A stretch of DNA of 63,901 bases, counting the filler, from Octopus bimaculoides (taxonomy: Eukaryota): NCBI RefSeq assembly GCF_001194135.2. It is 7 parts of 7 records of this genome, joined end to end, with 100 filler letters (N's around TTAATTAATTAA, not from the genome) between each part and the next. Parts side by side here need not be neighbours in the genome. Positions count along the whole stretch, not along the records: positions 60,800 to 62,718 come from NW_026408840.1; positions 62,819 to 63,901 come from NC_069004.1; 5 more parts are not named here. One strand, given 5' to 3'. Positions within the stretch are counted from its first letter, which is position 1, and every line of letters starts with the position of its first letter. This document shows positions 62,462 through 63,901 of the stretch, piece by piece. Below the pieces are notes generated by a model. It did not search any database and was not told where the DNA came from. It saw nothing but the letters and a program-made list of their open reading frames with translations. The translations under genes and the position numbers were made by a program.

Positions 62462-63180
62462 CATACATACACACAAACATACATACACATATATTTGCAT
62501 ATATATATATATATGTATGTATCTGTCTATATCTATATTTCTATCTGTGTGTATATACATATACATACATACATATGTAAATATATGTATGTATGTATAT
62601 GTATATATGTATTCATGTATGTATATGTGTATGTATTTGTCTATATGTATATTTATCTGTCTACCTCTCTCTTTTTCTCTCTCCCCTCTCTTTCTCTCTC
62701 TCTATATATAAGTATATANNNNNNNNNNNNNNNNNNNNNNNNNNNNNNNNNNNNNNNNNNNNTTAATTAATTAANNNNNNNNNNNNNNNNNNNNNNNNNN
62801 NNNNNNNNNNNNNNNNNNTTATACATAGATACATGTATACATACACATACATACATACACATCGCACACATACATAGGTACGCTTACATACCCAGACAAA
62901 TATACCTACAAACGTACCCGTACATACACATACATACATATATAGAATAGAAGCATACATACATATAGATGGATATATGCAAGCGTGCTCATATATACAC
63001 ATATATATATATGTACATACATACATACATACATACATAAAGTTGAAACTTACTTGCAAATGGACGCGTGCGTTCGATGATATAATAATACAAATGATAT
63101 ATAAGCATATACATACATATATGTACACACCTACATCTACATACATACATACATACATATGGGCACACACACACATACAC

Positions 63181-63395
63181 AGACGTTTTGATAGAAAATG
63201 TCGACTTTACCATTCCGGTGTGCCAGTGTGGAAGATATCAACATCTGTTCGAAAATGTCGCCAAGATACTACCTACCCACGAGACATAACATTGTCGCTA
63301 AAACTATTTGCAATGTTATCTGCAGGAAGGATTGTCCTGGCCATATCACAAACACACAAGAACCAGGATGCATCCACACCTTAAGAAAATATAAA
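63181..63395 (+). mobile_element. R4/Dong-like fragment, Zn-knuckle region
   Basis: DRKCRL, frameshift, then VEDINICSKMSPRYYLPTRHNIVAKTI (the CxxC...H...C...RHxxVAK pattern); preceded by TACA-rich repeat. Confidence 0.6.
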
Positions 63396-63454
63396 AAAAT
63401 ACCAATGGAACATTACATTAAAAAACTTCAACCTGGTGTTAACACAATAAGCCA

Positions 63455-63507
63455 CGTCTGTCCTTGTTTGTCCCCTCTATGTTTAGCCCCTTGTGGGCAA
63501 TAAAGAA
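63455..63507 (+). mobile_element. 5'-truncated SINE family A tip flanked by a 38-bp duplication
   Basis: Matches 36024-36078; flanks 63417-63454 and 63508-63546 are identical except for one extra A. Confidence 0.8.
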
Positions 63508-63690
63508 ATTAAAAAAACTTCAACCTGGTGTTAACACAATAAGCCAGATATGTTTCTAATGGACCAGGAGCAAAAACCACGCGGTGTTGTAGGGGTCAGC
63601 TGCCCACCGCATGAAAATGTTTTGTGTAGAATTATGGAAAGTAATTAGGGAACCAATGAGAAAGTCATAATTTTCTTATCCAAGACTATA

Positions 63691-63800
63691 CGGGGTGATT
63701 CAAAAGTCTCCATACATAGAAAACATTTATTTATTTTTTTTTATAAGAAACAGTTTATAAGATCCCCTAGATCCCCTGATCTGACCCCTATGGGATGCGA
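63691..63800 (+). mobile_element. Internally deleted Tc1/mariner remnant
   Basis: TA|CGGGGTGATTCAAAAGTC TIR-like start and PRSPDLTP (63766-63789), the mariner/Tc1 WPPRSPDLxP motif. Confidence 0.5.
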
Positions 63801-63901
63801 CTTATGCACAGAGCAAAGATAAAACTAAAAGGTGGGAAAAAGATATATGCAAAAAACAAAAGACGAAAACAAGTGTATTAGTTTAACACTCGGGAAGAAT
63901 G

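Overview
Eukaryotic draft-assembly scaffold, not prokaryotic: AT-rich, about 6 kb of N gaps, dense CA/TA/TACA/TAA microsatellites. The SINE families resemble those I associate with Octopus genomes (inference from recall, not a search). Most long ORFs in the supplied track are artefacts of N runs and microsatellites. The one firm host-gene signal is two + strand exons (31590-31725, 34765-34806) encoding TM6-TM7-helix 8 of a class B1 (secretin-family) GPCR resembling CRF/DH44 receptors. Two in-frame candidate exons lie upstream (13932-13958, 14277-14324). The rest is mostly transposon debris: Penelope-like elements of apparently three types, RTE, CR1/L2-group, R4/Dong-like and Tx1/L1-like LINEs, a Ty3/Gypsy relic, hAT-type MITEs, a Helentron-type HINE, a mariner remnant and many tRNA-derived SINEs. 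The most unusual signals are several hammerhead-ribozyme motifs, one in a non-circularly permuted strand order (975-1033, minus). Others are a 467-bp near-perfect palindrome, a 285-bp identical direct repeat, a twin-priming-like inverted RTE, and R4-like insertions in (TACA)n. I see no rRNA or CRISPR array. TE boundaries are approximate to a few tens of bp unless exact motifs are quoted.
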